From: an uncultured delta proteobacterium
Lineage (GTDB): Bacteria > Desulfobacterota > WTBG01
Assembly: GCA_963793865.1 (NCBI GenBank)
Contig: CAWCBP010000003.1
Span: 1-52,493 of the forward strand
Direction: 5' to 3'
DNA length: 52,493 nucleotides
Below, one piece after another: positions 50,816 to 52,493 of the stretch (the first letter of the stretch is position 1; each line of letters starts with the position of its first letter). The notes under the pieces are model-generated. The model worked only from the letters and a program-made list of their open reading frames with translations. It searched no databases and was not told the origin of the DNA. The position numbers and the translations under genes are program-made.

Positions 50816-52135
50816 TCAGGCTTCTTTCTTCCTGTCCCTGAAGGAGAGACGGAGGGGGATGCCTTTGAAGCCGAAGTGCTCCCGTATGCTGTTGATGAGA
50901 AATCGCCTGTATGATTCCGGCACCGCCGACGGAATGTTGCTGAAGATGACAAAGTGGGGCGGCCCCTCAGCTATTTGAGCAGCATAATAGAACTTGAGCG
51001 CTTTGTTCTTGACCCGGGGAGGAAGATGTCGCTCGGTTGCTTTCCTGACCAGATCATTCAGCAGGCGCGTTTGTATCCTGCGGTGGTAGTGCTTGCAGAG
51101 CATGGAGGCCGTTTTTAAAAGCTCAGTCACCCGCTGGCCGGTCAGGGCGGATATGAAAAGAACCGGCGCAAACTCGAGGAAGGGCAGGTTAAAACGCACC
51201 GTGTCCAGGTATTCGCGAAGCTGCGCCCGGTCCTGCGGCATAAGATCCCATTTATTGACCGCGATAATGCATCCCTTGCCTTTTTCATAAATAAACCGGG
51301 CGATTTTGGCGTCCTGCTCTGCCACACCCTCCGTCGCGTCCAGAAGCAGTATTCCCACCTCACAGCGATCCAAACTTTTGAGCGCCTCGATGATGCAGAA
51401 TTTTTCAAAGGTGACGCTCACCCGGCTTTTGCGCCTGATGCCTGCCGTGTCGATCAGGAGATAATTGCGGTTGTTAAAGGAAACAATGGTATCGACGGCG
51501 TCTCTGGTGGTGCCCGGCGTCGCGTCTGTTACCAGCCGCCGGTCGCCGGCCAGGGAGTTGATGAGGGATGATTTTCCCACGTTGGGCCTGCCGACGATGG
51601 CAATTTTTACCGATACGTCAGGGGGCTCCTCTTCTGTGGCCGCCGGCAGACGTTCGATCACCGCTGCCATGAGGTCAGCGATGCCGGAGCCGTTCCAGGC
51701 AGAGACGGGAATGAGCGGTTCCACCCCCAGCCGGTAAAAGTCCGCCACGTTTGACTGCTCCCGCACCCGGTCAATTTTGTTAATGACGTACAGGACCGGC
51801 TTTCGCGTGGATTGAAGCATGCGTACGATGGTAAAATCGGAGGGGGTCAGGTCGGATTTGCCGTCAGCCAGGAAAATGATGCTGTCGGCTTCTTCTATGG
51901 CAAGCCGGGTCTGCGCCCGTATCTGGCCGGAGAGCGTGTCGGTGCGGTGCGGTTCAAATCCCCCGGTATCGATCAGGATGAATTCGCCGCCTTCGCAGCG
52001 CACCTCGGCGTAATTCCTGTCGCGCGTCAGTCCGGGAAGATCATCGATGGCCGCCTTGTTCTTTCCCGCCAGGCGGTTGAAAAGGGTCGACTTGCCCACA
52101 TTTTCCCTGCCCACGATGGCAACCAGCGGTTTCAT
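50816..52135 (-). CDS. der: Ribosome biogenesis GTPase Der
   Basis: Two G domains (GRENVGKS/DTGG/NKID; GRPNVGKS/DTAG/NKWD) plus KH-like tail. Confidence 0.96.
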   Translation of the reverse strand: MKPLVAIVGRENVGKSTLFNRLAGKNKAAIDDLPGLTRDRNYAEVRCEGGEFILIDTGGFEPHRTDTLSGQIRAQTRLAIEEADSIIFLADGKSDLTPSDFTIVRMLQSTRKPVLYVINKIDRVREQSNVADFYRLGVEPLIPVSAWNGSGIADLMAAVIERLPAATEEEPPDVSVKIAIVGRPNVGKSSLINSLAGDRRLVTDATPGTTRDAVDTIVSFNNRNYLLIDTAGIRRKSRVSVTFEKFCIIEALKSLDRCEVGILLLDATEGVAEQDAKIARFIYEKGKGCIIAVNKWDLMPQDRAQLREYLDTVRFNLPFLEFAPVLFISALTGQRVTELLKTASMLCKHYHRRIQTRLLNDLVRKATERHLPPRVKNKALKFYYAAQIAEGPPHFVIFSNIPSAVPESYRRFLINSIREHFGFKGIPLRLSFRDRKKEA

Positions 52136-52493
52136 GGCGCGCCTGCATCGCCTGCCGCCGGGTTTCCGGCATCATGCATTCCCTTGTCCTGCTGGAGCTT
52201 TTCGAGCGCCTCTTTCGCCGCTTTCTGCTCGGCGCTCTTCTTGTTTTTACCGTGCCCTCTGCCCATGATGACATCGTTTAGGATGACGGTGACTTCAAAG
52301 GACTTGTTGTGATCGGGTCCGATCTCATGGACCAGCTTATAGTGGGGGGTTGATCGTAAAACGGCCTGCGTGTACTCCTGCAGCTGCGACTTGAAATCCC
52401 GGTGGTGCAGGTTTCCCTCGTTTGCCGCCTCGATTATTTTTGCGAACTGCCTGCGCACCACCTTAAAGACCGGGCCGTACCCGCCGTCCAGGT
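52132..52493 (-). CDS. rnc: Ribonuclease III, C-terminal part (runs off the window)
   Basis: LDGG, then dsRBD DFKSQLQE...GPDH.K.F...GKNKKSAEQKAA. Confidence 0.92.
   Translation of the reverse strand, partial: LDGGYGPVFKVVRRQFAKIIEAANEGNLHHRDFKSQLQEYTQAVLRSTPHYKLVHEIGPDHNKSFEVTVILNDVIMGRGHGKNKKSAEQKAAKEALEKLQQDKGMHDAGNPAAGDAGAP

Noticed and set aside
50816..52493. rnc directly followed by der without era
   Set aside because: Ordinary gene-order variation

Overview
The window joins two unrelated genomes near position 8640. Bases 1-~8640 look like Bacteroidota DNA: AT-richer, with TAnnTTTG promoter boxes and a frameshift in every gene. They encode a divergent membrane pyrophosphatase, an OadA/PycB-type carboxyltransferase, tatA, lolD, TIGR02757, trmN6, DUF1761 and a truncated DUF4105/Lnb. 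The rest looks like an anaerobic deltaproteobacterium (Desulfobacterota-like). It carries a TPR protein, tRNA-Pro(CGG), an FN3/dockerin-like protein, a sigma54 activator with a pseudo-receiver, xerD, panE, a HEPN-MNT pair, a B12 radical SAM enzyme, speB, Cys-rich unknowns, a NUDIX enzyme, a tandem DsbA, a nitroreductase and trmJ. These are followed by an acetylene-hydratase-like Mo/W enzyme paired with an HgdC-type activase, a ~12 kb Hdr-Flx operon extended by a NarI/HdrD membrane module, ftsB, the pilMNOPQ operon with an OmpA lipoprotein, aroQ, der and a partial rnc. Spacers between 13 and 27 kb hold polarised 7/8-mer arrays, REP palindromes and MITEs. The most unexplained feature is a ~360-nt non-coding element at 42554-42915, between ftsB and the pilus operon, built on a 37-bp inverted repeat with nested stems. 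Most frameshifts are probably long-read indel errors. All calls are by eye; no searches were run.
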